From Saccharolobus solfataricus P2 (lineage in GTDB: Archaea; Thermoproteota; Thermoprotei_A; Sulfolobales; Sulfolobaceae): a DNA stretch of 64,000 nt. The notes beneath the pieces were generated by a model. The model was not told where the DNA came from, searched no databases, and worked only from the letters and a program-made list of their open reading frames with translations. This document shows, one piece after another, positions 1-10,938 of the stretch. Both the position numbers and the translations under genes were made by a program. Where the stretch lies: NCBI RefSeq assembly GCF_000007005.1, contig NC_002754.1; one strand, given 5' to 3'. Position 1 is the first letter of the stretch. Each line of letters starts with the position of its first letter.

Positions 1-2
1 TT

Positions 3-1340
3 TTCTTCGTTATTACAGCTAAGATTTCTAGTCCAGCATTCTTCGGAAAAGTTGCGATAGTTCAATTACTTGAGATAGTAACGTCGACTTTCTTTTACTT
101 TATTCCAGGCCAAATAATAACTAGGGAAATATCTTATCTTTACGCTAAAAAAGAGATAACTAAAGAGGTAGTAGGAAAATTCCTTTCATTTCCTTTTCTA
201 GTTTTACCGATTTTCCTCATCCTTCTTATTTTTCCAGATTACGTTAAGTTAGCAATACCTTATCTTTTCCTTTACCTCCTTAATGGCGTAATGACAGCAG
301 TGATGATAGGAATGGATATGTTTACAGAATCTGCAATTACTGGAAACTTCTTTCTAGTCATAAGATGGGGGATAGCAATAATCGCTGTTCTCTACCACAA
401 TATATATCTCTTCGTTAAAATTTGGACTTTGGGAGGAATTCTCTCAGTATCTATGAATTACGCATTTATTAGCAAAAAGGTTGGGTTAGTACTTCCTACG
501 CCAGACTTTGCCTTTCTCTTTAGGCATTTTAGGGAAGGTTTACCTGTTTATTTATCTTCTTTTGCTGGTTTTCTTTCCTCCCAAGGGGATAGGGTAACTA
601 CTGCGTATTTGCTAGGTTCTTATTATCTGGGCATTTATCAGTTTTCAGCTTTAGTTGCTGGTGTTCCCTCAATGATTTTAGGTGCCTTAGGTGGGGTTTT
701 GTTACCTACCGCGTCATTTTATAAGGCTTTAGGGAAGGATGAAAAGAAGATGTCGTCTCTTTCTTTTATATTCCTCTCGCTTTTAACTTTTCTAACAGTA
801 ATAATTTCTATTCCGATAGGTGAGATCATAATTATTCATTTCTTTCCTAATTATAAAGAGGGATTAGAAGTATTCGTGTTACTCTTGATTTCGGCTACTC
901 TTCCGTTTCCTATAGGTTCTCTTACGAATTTTATTGTAGCGTTCAAGAGAAACTTAAGACCTTTCCTTATCCTTTCAATTTTAAACGGAAGTTTAGTCTT
1001 ACTTACTTCCTATTTATTAATTCCGAGGATAGGAATAATGGGTGGTGCTATATCTCAAGTTATAGTAGCTACAATTTCTTCTCTCTTTATCATATTTTAC
1101 TCTATAAGAACATCGGTATTTTCAACTGGAAGGAAAGAAATAATTTTACTTTTCCTCATACCCGTAGTAGGAATTTATGAGGCTATAGATCCTCCGTTTC
1201 TAGATTTTCTCCTAATTCTTCTTATACTTTTAGTGTTTAAACTGTTTAAAATAATCACTGAAGAGGACGTTAAAATAATTGAAGGTTTCTTGCCACATGG
1301 GTTAAAATTCGTGTCGAAAATTTTAAGTAAACTAACGTAA
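3..1340 (+). CDS. Wzx-like polysaccharide flippase, 5' end outside window
   Basis: Frame is open from position 3 (FFVITAKISSPAFFGK...). Multi-TM protein with a YLLGSYYLGIYQ MATE/Wzx-like motif, next to rfb genes. Confidence 0.8.
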   Translation, partial: FFVITAKISSPAFFGKVAIVQLLEIVTSTFFYFIPGQIITREISYLYAKKEITKEVVGKFLSFPFLVLPIFLILLIFPDYVKLAIPYLFLYLLNGVMTAVMIGMDMFTESAITGNFFLVIRWGIAIIAVLYHNIYLFVKIWTLGGILSVSMNYAFISKKVGLVLPTPDFAFLFRHFREGLPVYLSSFAGFLSSQGDRVTTAYLLGSYYLGIYQFSALVAGVPSMILGALGGVLLPTASFYKALGKDEKKMSSLSFIFLSLLTFLTVIISIPIGEIIIIHFFPNYKEGLEVFVLLLISATLPFPIGSLTNFIVAFKRNLRPFLILSILNGSLVLLTSYLLIPRIGIMGGAISQVIVATISSLFIIFYSIRTSVFSTGRKEIILLFLIPVVGIYEAIDPPFLDFLLILLILLVFKLFKIITEEDVKIIEGFLPHGLKFVSKILSKLT

Positions 1341-2043
1341 TTTAGTGTCTTCTTATATTTCTGTTAACTTCAAAATTTTTGGAATATTTTAGGCTAACTA
1401 AAGGAAGTTAATACATAAAATGTTTTGGTTAAAGGGAGTGCTCATAAATCTTTAGCAAATAAAATTTACACCAAATTATTTCTAGGAAAGATATCTTATA
1501 GACTATTTAACAAGAAATTGAATAATTGAGATGAGATTCACAAAATCATAGCATATTAGAATAATTTGAAACGAATATAGTTCACAGATCTTGGGAAACG
1601 AGAAGAATTTTTATTACGCAGTGAAAAAGACGGGCATATATACTGAACATATATATGTTATCTGGTTTGATATTTGATAGATTTCTTCAATTTTTAGTTG
1701 AGAATACGTTAAGCTTACTTTTAAATCAGCGCTTAATTTTTAAATTTAACAAGATTAAGATCTGAGAAAATTGAAATAATGAACAAAACAATTATCTTCT
1801 GGCTTTGAGCCAACACGTAAAATTTCTAATTAAACACTTAGTTATGGTTTAAAATGAGACGTTTCTAAAATTACTAGGAGGAAATCTTGCCCTTTTAAAT
1901 CTCGGAAAGTATAATTTAAGACGTTAAAAAATGAACTAACAATGGAAGTAAACAGATATATTTTAGCAAGTACAGTTTTCTTTTTACATTAACTAAGAAA
2001 AAGACTGATCATTACTCAACACAATCACTTGATGTAAAGTAAA

Positions 2044-2982
2044 TTATTTCTTCCAAGGTTCATCCTCAGTAAAGAACTTATCCTTTATTAAATCCTCCCA
2101 CCACCATCTATTATTCAAATACCACTCCACAGTCTTTCTCAACCCCTCCTTTAACGGTGTAACCTCATACTTAAGCTTCGTAGTCATGCAATATCTTTTA
2201 TCATGTCCCGGCCTATCGTCAACGAACTTAACTTTAACCTCTTTCCCCATTATCTCCCCTATGATCTTTATCACGTCAAGAACGCTATACCTTTGCCCTC
2301 CGGGTATATTGTATACTTCTCCCCTCCACTCACTTCTCTCCATAATATCATATATTATTCTAACAGTATCCTCAACGTAAATCCAATCTCTCTCAGCTCT
2401 ACCATCACCGTAAATTGGAACGTGCATGTTTAGAAAAGTTCTTATGATAACTTTTGGAATAAGCTTCTCAGGAAACTGTCTAGGTCCGTAATTATTAGAA
2501 GGTCTTACAATAATTGCCTTAATTCCGTAAGTCCTTACGTAAGCCTTAACGAATAAATCAGCAGAAGCTTTTGAGGCACTGTAAGGAGAAGAAGGTTGTA
2601 AAGGCGAATCCTCATCTGCGCACTCCTCACCGTAAACCTCATCTGTTGAAATATGAACATATTTAAAATCATATTTTCTAGCAGCCTCCAGTAAGTTCAC
2701 TACTCCTAACACATTAGTAGTTACGAAATCCTGAGGCCTATAAATAGACCTATCAACGTGAGTTTCGGCTGCAAAATTTACAACTATATCAGAATTCTTA
2801 ACTATATCATGAATTTCCTCACTTCTCACATCAGCCCTTATAAACTCATGTTCCGTACCTATGAGGTTCTCCTTCCTTCCAGCATAAGTTAATAAGTCCA
2901 CTACTATTGGTTTAATTCCTCTTTTATTAACCTCCCTTACAAACGCTGAACCTATGAAACCAGCACCGCCTATAATTATCAT
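2044..2982 (-). CDS. rfbB: dTDP-glucose 4,6-dehydratase
   Basis: GGAGFIGS, DLLTYAG, AAETHVDRS, STDEVYG, PSSPYSASK motifs. Confidence 0.95.
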   Translation of the reverse strand: MIIIGGAGFIGSAFVREVNKRGIKPIVVDLLTYAGRKENLIGTEHEFIRADVRSEEIHDIVKNSDIVVNFAAETHVDRSIYRPQDFVTTNVLGVVNLLEAARKYDFKYVHISTDEVYGEECADEDSPLQPSSPYSASKASADLFVKAYVRTYGIKAIIVRPSNNYGPRQFPEKLIPKVIIRTFLNMHVPIYGDGRAERDWIYVEDTVRIIYDIMERSEWRGEVYNIPGGQRYSVLDVIKIIGEIMGKEVKVKFVDDRPGHDKRYCMTTKLKYEVTPLKEGLRKTVEWYLNNRWWWEDLIKDKFFTEDEPWKK

Positions 2983-4013
2983 ATTATCACCGATGAGTTC
3001 TCACCTATTATCAACTTTTGCCATTTAGTACCCTTTTCTACAGTTGAATTATTTCCAATTAGAGAATCCATTAGTGAAACACCTTTAATCCTAACGTTAT
3101 CGAGGATTACACTGTACTCAATCTCGCTGCCGGATATTTCACTTAAATCCCCTATTGAAGTGAAAGGTCCTATGTAAGAATTAATTATCTTAGTATCCTT
3201 ACCTATGTAAGCTGGGCCTCTAATTACGGAGTTTTTTACTACAGCTCCTTTCTCCAATATAACTCTACCGTCTATTGTCGAATTTTCTACTTCACCTTCA
3301 ATCTTCCTTTCAGCATACCTATCCAGTAAGAAGGAGTTTGCTTCTAAGATATCCTTAGGAGTTCCAGTATCCTTCCACCAACCTTGTATAATTTCGTAGT
3401 TTACTTCCTTACCTTCATTTATCAAACCTTGAATTGCGTCAGTAATTTCTAATTCTCCTCTCCAGCTAGGTTTTAGTTTTTCAATTACTTCGAAAATTTC
3501 ATCTGTAAAACCGTAAACCCCTACCAAAGCTAAATCGGAAATTTTTTCCTTAGGCTTTTCAACTAATCTTATCACTTTATTCTCATTTATTACTGCAACT
3601 CCGAAACGATTAGGATTATCAACCTTAGCTAAAAGAATTGATGCCGATCCTTTAAAGGATAGAAACTTCCTCAGATCATAAAAGACTAAGTTATCACCTA
3701 AGTACACTAGGAATTTCTCAGATACCAAATCCTTAACCCTATATACTGCGTCAGCCAAACCCCTTGCTTTCCCTTGATAAACGTAAGTAATGTTTACTCC
3801 AAATTTGCTCCCATCACCGTAGTAATCTACAACACGTGTAGGAGTATTATCTCCTAAAATTAGTAATATATCTTTAATTCCAGAATCCCTAATTTGTTCT
3901 AAAACCCACTGGGATATTGGCTTTCCTGCAACTTTTATTAATTGCTTAGGACCAGTATGAGTTAATGGTCTTAAACGAGTTCCTTGTCCTCCGTGTAAGA
4001 TTACTGCCTCCAT
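2979..4013 (-). CDS. rfbA: glucose-1-phosphate thymidylyltransferase (long form)
   Basis: LHGGQGTRLRPLT..PKQL, GELEITD, WKDTG motifs and C-terminal hexapeptide region; 4-bp overlap with rfbB. Confidence 0.93.
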   Translation of the reverse strand: MEAVILHGGQGTRLRPLTHTGPKQLIKVAGKPISQWVLEQIRDSGIKDILLILGDNTPTRVVDYYGDGSKFGVNITYVYQGKARGLADAVYRVKDLVSEKFLVYLGDNLVFYDLRKFLSFKGSASILLAKVDNPNRFGVAVINENKVIRLVEKPKEKISDLALVGVYGFTDEIFEVIEKLKPSWRGELEITDAIQGLINEGKEVNYEIIQGWWKDTGTPKDILEANSFLLDRYAERKIEGEVENSTIDGRVILEKGAVVKNSVIRGPAYIGKDTKIINSYIGPFTSIGDLSEISGSEIEYSVILDNVRIKGVSLMDSLIGNNSTVEKGTKWQKLIIGENSSVII

Positions 4014-4015
4014 TT

Positions 4016-4835
4016 TTAAATCATCCCTTCTAAATCCAGTGTGTAAAAATCTATTGTAAGTAATTTCCTAGCCTTAGAAATGTCTAATGAGGAATCGTAG
4101 GGTCTCTTAGCTATCCAGCTCTTTATCTCATCAACTTCCTTAACTTCTCCGGGTAGGTTGAACTTTTCCTTAATCTTTATAGCTAATTCGTAACGGGATA
4201 TTCTTTCTCCAGCTACGTGGATTATTCCTGTCTTTCTCAAATCTAAAAGCTCATCTATTGCAAGAGCTAGTTTTCTCGCGGAGATTGGGGAATAGTAGCC
4301 TTTAAAGGCAAGCACTGTTTTACCTTCTTTTAGTGTTTTATAGACGTAGATTGGGAATCCTTTGTTTCGAAATACTCCAGAAGTTCTAATTATCAAACTT
4401 TCGTCATATGATGAGGCAAATATTTCTCCCAAAAGCTTACTTAAGCCGTAATAGTTTATGGGATTAGGTATATTATCTTCTTTATAATTTCCCTTATTTC
4501 CATCAAATACGTAATCAGTACTTATGTGAATTACGTATGAATCAACTACCCTCCCAGCCCTTACAATGTGTTTCACTGCTTGTGAATTAATTTTGTAAGC
4601 CTTATCTTTTTCTATTTCGCATTTATCTACGTCAGTCATTGCAGCAGTATTTATTATTACATCTGGTCTCTTCTTTATTATAAAGTCCTCTAGATGTGGA
4701 AAGTCAGTGATGTCTAATTTGTAACCTTGAATTTCAGAAGAATTGTAAGTTTTTATAACCTCGTACTTTTTAGAGAGTTATGTTTGAAAGTTCGACTCCA
4801 GGTTGTCCCGATGCACCAATCAGCAGAATTCTCAT
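4016..4835 (-). pseudogene. rfbD: dTDP-4-dehydrorhamnose reductase, frameshifted
   Basis: ATG at 4835 gives MRILLIGASGQPGVELSNI, then one extra base near 4780 gives TAA. The other frame continues SKKYEV...INTAAMTDVDKCE, STDYVFDG, YGLSK. Length 820 = 3n+1. Confidence 0.85.
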
Positions 4836-5121
4836 ACTGACTGATTAGTAGTTAACAAAAGTTATTAGGCGTTTGATAAGTGCTAATAAGTTCAATATGA
4901 AGATACCTTCAGTCTTTCACGTTACGTTAAAAATACCTCTTTTTAGTTGATAATCATAATTAAGAATATTTAGTTTCAAGTTTCGTACATTCTTGGATGA
5001 CTAATTTAAGTGCTAAGGCAATACAAAGTCAGTCGCATTATAGACTTGATAGAGTTCTCAGAAGATTATGACTCGTTTAAGTTTATGAATATATTTAAGC
5101 TAGGAAAGAAGAAAAAATAAT

Positions 5122-5568
5122 GTGAAAAAACATATAAGGTATATTATTGATGGTTACTCTACGTTGAGAGAAGCTGATATTAAGAATGTCTTAAAGTCTC
5201 TTTTAAGCAATCTGGATGACGATGTTAGAGTAAGCAAGAAAGGTTATAAGATTTCACTCTCATTCAGAACTCCTGATAATGTTAGAATAATGCAGTGTGA
5301 GGAAATTGACGAACTACTCTCAAGAATAGGAGTCATGGTTACAAGAATAATCGTTTCAAGTGTTATTACTTATGAGTATGAGGGAGCTGGAGTAGGTGCA
5401 ACAGTGGGAGGTATAGTAGGTGGAGGATCAACTAAGAGGCTTGATGTAGGTTTGCTTATAGCAGTTCTTTCTGGATTAGCAGGTTATTCTGTCGGAAAAC
5501 TCATTGAGAAAGGTGAGGCTATACTCCTTTCTTGTGAGAAAAGGAACGGAAGATGGGTAAGGATTTAA
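5122..5568 (+). CDS. hypothetical protein with glycine-zipper membrane segment
   Basis: GAGVGATVGGIVGG...VLSGLAGYSVG motif. Confidence 0.6.
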   Translation: MKKHIRYIIDGYSTLREADIKNVLKSLLSNLDDDVRVSKKGYKISLSFRTPDNVRIMQCEEIDELLSRIGVMVTRIIVSSVITYEYEGAGVGATVGGIVGGGSTKRLDVGLLIAVLSGLAGYSVGKLIEKGEAILLSCEKRNGRWVRI

Positions 5569-6225
5569 GAAAAAGGATAAAAAAGAATAGTGAAGATTTT
5601 TATAAACTCTACCAAGAAGGAAAAAAGAAGATTAATATCAGTAACAATCTTTTAGTTTTCTTGCTTCTTTCCGCAATTGAAGAGATAAGTAAATGTCTTA
5701 TTGAAATTTTATTAGACAAATGCAATAATCCTCAGCTAAGATATTAGAAGTAGAATTTACAATGATCATCTTATTAAGTATCAATTTTTCCTAGCACTTT
5801 ATTATGTGATAATTCCTAGTTCTGTTAATGACATAGCTACAACAATTATTGAAAAGATTAAGACTCAATCGTCAACATGGTTAAGACTAAGAAATATAGT
5901 CAATTTCTTAATAAGTGCGAAGAGAAATAGCTTTTGTCTATACAAAGAATAGCCAGTTAAATCCCTTAACCCACTTATTTCCAACATTCCTCCATTAATA
6001 ACCCTTTTACTCCTTTGCAATTATTATGAAAAAGACTATAGTTATCTCATTAATGTTTCTAATGTAAAAGTTAATCTTGAGGAGTTAAATGAAATTGAGG
6101 TTATATACCTTCAATATGAGCAAATAGAAGATGAGATTAAAAAATTAGACCAAGAAAATAGTTGTGACGTATTGCTCATGTTAATAAATATGTTAAAATA
6201 TCATGCTGCTCATAGAGAGTTTTGA
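5553..6225 (+). pseudogene. degraded HEPN/AbiV-like protein
   Basis: LLSAIEEISK, then after a frameshift near 5740 NDHLIK and KRNSFCLY, one TAG at about 5950, and frame open to TGA 6223-6225. Motif order resembles HEPN_AbiV (EE.GK, H..K, RN..Y). Confidence 0.4.
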
Positions 6226-6383
6226 TGGCAATATAAGTTGAATTAGTAAAGTATCAACTGAGACTATCAATACAATTTGTTCTTCTCTCCTGTGTAGAAT
6301 GGTTAATAAAAGGTCTGTGTATTAGAATTTAAATAACCACGTAAGCAATAGAAAATTTAAGGCCCGGTTCTTTTATCTTTTTA

Positions 6384-7436
6384 ATGGATATTGTTCTTAG
6401 GATTTTATGGACTGGCGGAGTAACAAGGGTTGCATTAGAAGAAGCTAGGAATATACCGGGCTCTAAGCTTATTGTTTATAGGAGGGCTAGAACATATTAC
6501 GATTTATCTAACGTTAATTTGCAAGTTCTCTTTGAAGGTAAATCTAAGGCAATATATCGTTTCATAACGTCTATTTACGCTGGTCATAGGGGTGATGAGG
6601 CTACTGTAGATTTAGATAGGATAATTAAGGCTAGGGATTTAATTAAAGGCCCGGCATTGTTTCATGATCAATTTTCTGGTTTAACTGGTTATTTGCGTTG
6701 GAGGAAATATAAAGAGGACTATGGTGTTTACATTCATGAGACTTCCTTAGACTCAAGGAGTGTTAAGTGGTTTTTACCCAGATATTTAGAGAAGATTGTT
6801 TTGTCTCACAGTAGGGTTATTATAACTAATAGTAGGTGGAATGCTGAAATATTATCATCTCACGGTTTTAAAGCTGAGGTTGTTTACCCGGGGTGTTATC
6901 CTAAGGAGAGAATAAACTTAGATAGGGAAAGGATTGTTCTAGCCGTATCATTATGGGATGAGGGAAGAAGGCCGGAAATTTACGGAGAAATAGCTAAGAG
7001 GATTAAGGGGAAACTTATAATGGCTGGTTCGTGGGCTAGGAAAGATACACTGGAGGAGTTTAAAAGAAAATACGGAGACGTTATTGTAACTGGTCCTTTA
7101 AAGGAGGAGGAGTTGCAAAATCTCTATAATAGAGCATCTGTTTTAATAAGGTTTGGATTTAATGAGAAGGGCCCGGGTATGGGGGTTTTAGAGGCTATGT
7201 CTTATGGTTTGCCAATTATAGTAAATGATGGTTTAGGGAGTAAGGAACTGATTAAGGATAATGGATACGTTGTTAAGGATTGGGGAGAAGCTGTTGATAG
7301 GATTAATGAAATTTTGGAGGACGAGAAATTGAGGAAGGAAATGAGTATTAGGTCTTGGGAGATAGCTAAGGAGTTAAGTTGGAAGAATCATGCAATGAGG
7401 ATTAAGGAATTGATGGAAGAAAAAATAGGAGAATAG
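6384..7436 (+). CDS. GT4-family glycosyltransferase
   Basis: EGPGMGVLEAMSYGLPII-type GT-B signature in the C-terminal half. Confidence 0.9.
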   Translation: MDIVLRILWTGGVTRVALEEARNIPGSKLIVYRRARTYYDLSNVNLQVLFEGKSKAIYRFITSIYAGHRGDEATVDLDRIIKARDLIKGPALFHDQFSGLTGYLRWRKYKEDYGVYIHETSLDSRSVKWFLPRYLEKIVLSHSRVIITNSRWNAEILSSHGFKAEVVYPGCYPKERINLDRERIVLAVSLWDEGRRPEIYGEIAKRIKGKLIMAGSWARKDTLEEFKRKYGDVIVTGPLKEEELQNLYNRASVLIRFGFNEKGPGMGVLEAMSYGLPIIVNDGLGSKELIKDNGYVVKDWGEAVDRINEILEDEKLRKEMSIRSWEIAKELSWKNHAMRIKELMEEKIGE

Positions 7437-7719
7437 AGGAGTAGGTGTATATGTAGTTGGTTTTTGAGTTGAGATAGAAACTAAGTAGGTTTATCGATTT
7501 TCTTCTTCCTTATTTGTCTTTTTATAATAATTAATACATTCCTTTATAAACTCCTTAACTCTATAGGACAATTCTATACCATTAGCGTTGCGTGAAGCCG
7601 CTTTTATTTTGAGTTTATAATCCTTAATCTCGTTGTAATTGCGATCTGTTATACTTCTTCTGTCCCATTGATTACTGTTAGGTCTAACTGAAAAGAAAAT
7701 CTTACAGTTATTTAAATCA

Positions 7720-8101
7720 GTGTTTACCCGTGGCGTAACTTCTGCTTACTTTTAACCACTTCTAATTCCGTCACGGGCACCCCTCTTGAGGGCTCATACA
7801 CACTCACCCTCAACTCATTGGGGCTAGTCGAGGGAAACACCACTACCCTCTCATCCGTATTTGTCGCTAAGTTGAGAGGTGCTATCGAATCCCTCTCTAA
7901 TAAAACGTCGCCAGCGTCCAAATACCTAGCAGTAACCTTAACTACTTTAATACCCCTACTCTCGTGAGCATAGCCCGTCATCAGTATGGAGTTCATCAAT
8001 TTATAATGTAGAGGAAATAATATATAAACATAATCATAATAAAGATCATATTGTGAAATGATTAAAAGTATTTAAAAATTATGCAAATGTGTTACAGTCT
8101 T
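7720..8101 (-). repeat. dispersed 382-bp element, copy 1 (AT-rich leader plus 91-aa GC-rich ORF)
   Basis: Near-identical to 44902-45199 in reverse orientation. Confidence 0.8.
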
Positions 8102-8362
8102 TATTCCCTTTCTAAGGTTTATATTCCAGCCCGTTATCCTGACTCCTTACCTTCACCCTTAACCCCTTATCAAACCTTTAGCGAAAGTGAGAAGCTAGAG
8201 TTACCTTATGCATAAATACGGAAAGATTTTTATAGCGGGAATTCTCTGCTTGAAGGGACTATGCTTTCCTACCTTTTGTAAATGTTGTGTAATTGCAAGA
8301 AGACGAAATCTTAAGCAGTTATAATACATTTATTACGCATACGTAAATTTTATAATATACGA

Positions 8363-8641
8363 ATGTCATATTTTTTACATATGCCTATAATTAGTATAAG
8401 AATAGATGAGAAGTTGAAGAAGAAGATGGATGAGTTGAGTTATATAAATTGGAGTGAGATAATAAGGAGAAAGATAGAAGAGGTAATTGAGGAAGAAGAA
8501 GAGAAGAGAAAAGGAAAAAGAAAAGATTATAAGAAGATTGCTGAGGCTTCAGTTAGATCTTATGAATTTTTCTTAAATTATGGCGGTAAGAGTTCGGAAG
8601 AAATTATAAGGGAATGGAGAGACAAGAATTGGCAGTTGTAG
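8363..8641 (+). CDS. vapB: VapB antitoxin (RHH)
   Basis: IISIRIDEKLKKKMDEL..NWSEIIR RHH motif; overlaps the PIN gene. Confidence 0.85.
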   Translation: MSYFLHMPIISIRIDEKLKKKMDELSYINWSEIIRRKIEEVIEEEEEKRKGKRKDYKKIAEASVRSYEFFLNYGGKSSEEIIREWRDKNWQL

Positions 8642-9045
8642 ATGCTTCAGTTGTAATAAAATGGTTTGTTAATGAGAATTATAGTAAAGAAGCGTTAATT
8701 CTTAAGGAGGCATATGTGAAAGGCTTAGAGGATTTACTAGCACCTTGTATTCTTCCCTTTGAAGTGCTAAACGGGTTAAAGTATACTTATAGTCTGGGAG
8801 AAAAGGAACTGGAAGAGGTAGGGAAAATTTTATCCGATTTTCAGATAACGCTTTACGGATTCGAAAATATATTGGACGAAATGGTTTCCTTATCTCTTAG
8901 ATACGGTATAACAATATATGATGCAGCATATATAGCATTGGGTAAGGTTCTCAACGAGAAAGTTTATACTGCTGATGAAAGACTTATTAGAAAAGTCAAA
9001 GAATTACCTTTCGTAATTCATATAAAGGACTATAAACAAAAGTAG
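8614..9045 (+). CDS. vapC: VapC PIN-domain toxin
   Basis: VVDASVVIKW, FEVLN, YDAAYIALG, TAD acidic PIN residues. Confidence 0.92.
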   Translation: MERQELAVVDASVVIKWFVNENYSKEALILKEAYVKGLEDLLAPCILPFEVLNGLKYTYSLGEKELEEVGKILSDFQITLYGFENILDEMVSLSLRYGITIYDAAYIALGKVLNEKVYTADERLIRKVKELPFVIHIKDYKQK

Positions 9046-9251
9046 TTTTTAATGATTACTCTGACATAACCTCCTCCATAAACGGTACTCCAAGCTTGTA
9101 GTATTAGTAAGCATTTCCCTCAATTCGCTCAAATAAAACTTATGGAGAGAAAATGAGCAGGGACTGTTTCATGAAAGGTAAAGCTCACTATCAGTAATAC
9201 GCAATTTCTTGACAGTACAATATTTATTTTTCGCTATTCTAGTTTATTTAT

Positions 9252-9977
9252 ATGGTAGTTTACGTTTCCACGTGGGGTGATCCTTCAGGTTGGTTTGAAG
9301 TAGAATATAAGCGTCCTGATAAGGAGATTAAAAGCTTTAGCACGATATCTACTTACGACAACGCTTCAAAAATTATTCTAATAGTGCAAGATTCTGTCCT
9401 TACTCCACAGTCTAAGCCGAAGAATAAAGTTGCTGAGAATTGTTCAAAGCTGAAAACACCATCTGACTACGAAAGCTGGGTAAATAAAGTGAAAGAATAC
9501 ATAAGTTGTATAGTGGAAAATGCTCTTAATAAGGAAGCTGCTAATAAAACGCGTATCATAGTGATTCCAGCTGTAGGTAAGATAAATGATTTTAACTACG
9601 GTAAGATCGAGTTAAAAGAAAGGGAGTTACCTTCATACCTTTATGCTTATATTGTAGAAACACTTCTAGTTCAGAAGCTTTATGAGGAATTGAAGGATGC
9701 TGATGATGATGAAATAGTTTTAGATACTACACATGGAGTAAATTATTTGCCAATAATAGTTTTTCGTGTTTTGTATAATCTCACTTCATTATTAGATCTT
9801 AAATTTAAGGTAATAAATTATGTACCAACGAATCTCTATAAAGAGTATACTTACATGGAGATATTTAAGAGGGAAGAGAAAAAGAATACTTTTGATTTAA
9901 CTCAGATAAATGTTGGGTTAAGCGATGATCCTATAAAGAGGATTATAATTAAGTCGTTAAAGTTAAATGCCCCCTAA
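9252..9977 (+). CDS. csx1: Csx1 N-terminal CARF part
   Basis: STWGDP N-terminus and [11 protein letters not shown] (DxTHG) motif. Confidence 0.85.
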   Translation: MVVYVSTWGDPSGWFEVEYKRPDKEIKSFSTISTYDNASKIILIVQDSVLTPQSKPKNKVAENCSKLKTPSDYESWVNKVKEYISCIVENALNKEAANKTRIIVIPAVGKINDFNYGKIELKERELPSYLYAYIVETLLVQKLYEELKDADDDEIVLDTTHGVNYLPIIVFRVLYNLTSLLDLKFKVINYVPTNLYKEYTYMEIFKREEKKNTFDLTQINVGLSDDPIKRIIIKSLKLNAP

Positions 9978-10483
9978 TGGTTATTGAAAAATGTAAAGAG
10001 AAAAAGGAGTTTAATAATGATTACTATCAGTATTTCCTAAATAATGTGAAAATTGAAGGTAAAGAAATAAAGATAAATGAGAAACTTTACCCAGATCGTG
10101 CCTGGGTTGATGTTATATGTGATTATGTATGTAGTAAGGTTAAGGATAACACTAAAGAGGAGATTGAGGAGTTTGGAAAGATTTTAGAAAAGTTTTCTAT
10201 GAACGCCGGACCGTTAATAAGTAGGGAGATTAATATTATTTATAATTTGGCAAAAGATCTGAAAGAGGGAGAAAGAAAGCAATATAGTGAAATTTACAGC
10301 GAAGATGAGGAAGGAAGAAGTAAACAATTGTCGGAAGAGGAGTTAAAGAGGAATTTCATAGCTCATGCGGGTCTTTTGAAGGAATATGTAATTATAGAGA
10401 AGAAAAATGGCAAAATATACGTTAATTATGATGAGAGTAAGATTAAAGAATTGTTAGAGTGGAGTGTTCTCAAACAGTCATGA
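9977..10483 (+). CDS. csx1: Csx1 C-terminal HEPN part (split from CARF part)
   Basis: RNFIAH RxxxxH motif; TAATG stop/start overlap with the upstream half. Confidence 0.8.
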   Translation: MVIEKCKEKKEFNNDYYQYFLNNVKIEGKEIKINEKLYPDRAWVDVICDYVCSKVKDNTKEEIEEFGKILEKFSMNAGPLISREINIIYNLAKDLKEGERKQYSEIYSEDEEGRSKQLSEEELKRNFIAHAGLLKEYVIIEKKNGKIYVNYDESKIKELLEWSVLKQS

Positions 10484-10539
10484 AATTCGAAAAATATTTG
10501 TAAAAATATTGGAGTAATATGGAAAAACTCTTGTTTAAC

Positions 10540-10749
10540 GCTTAAGATATAGAAATTTGAACAAAGACATTATTTTAGAAAAGCTTATGTGAAAGGGTTT
10601 ACGAGGCTCATTCTAGTACGACCACAAAAAGATTTCATAACCCTCGCACATGAGCTTTTCAGAGGCCGTTTTTCACGTTCTAATTCCTTAGCTACATCTC
10701 GATTAAAACGACTAATTGTGAAAATTTCTAGTTTAATTTAATTTTACTA
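10540..10749. repeat. about 200-bp non-coding repeat, arm A, with internal 22-bp inverted pair (10578-10599/10639-10660)
   Basis: 10641-10749 is the reverse complement of 12987-13095 at high identity. 10540-10640 aligns more loosely to 15361-15450. Confidence 0.8.
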
Positions 10750-10938
10750 ATACTTTTGACCGTTTTCACTTAATTGAATTCATTATAATTTTTGAAATAT
10801 AATGAATTCAAAATGTAAACATGAATGGTCCAGCATAGCTGATGAGGAAAAATTTATAACCTAACTTAGAATTTCACAAACGAGTATCTCGCTGATACTA
10901 AGTGAGTCCTTTTTATACCGAATTGAGTAAACTAGATT

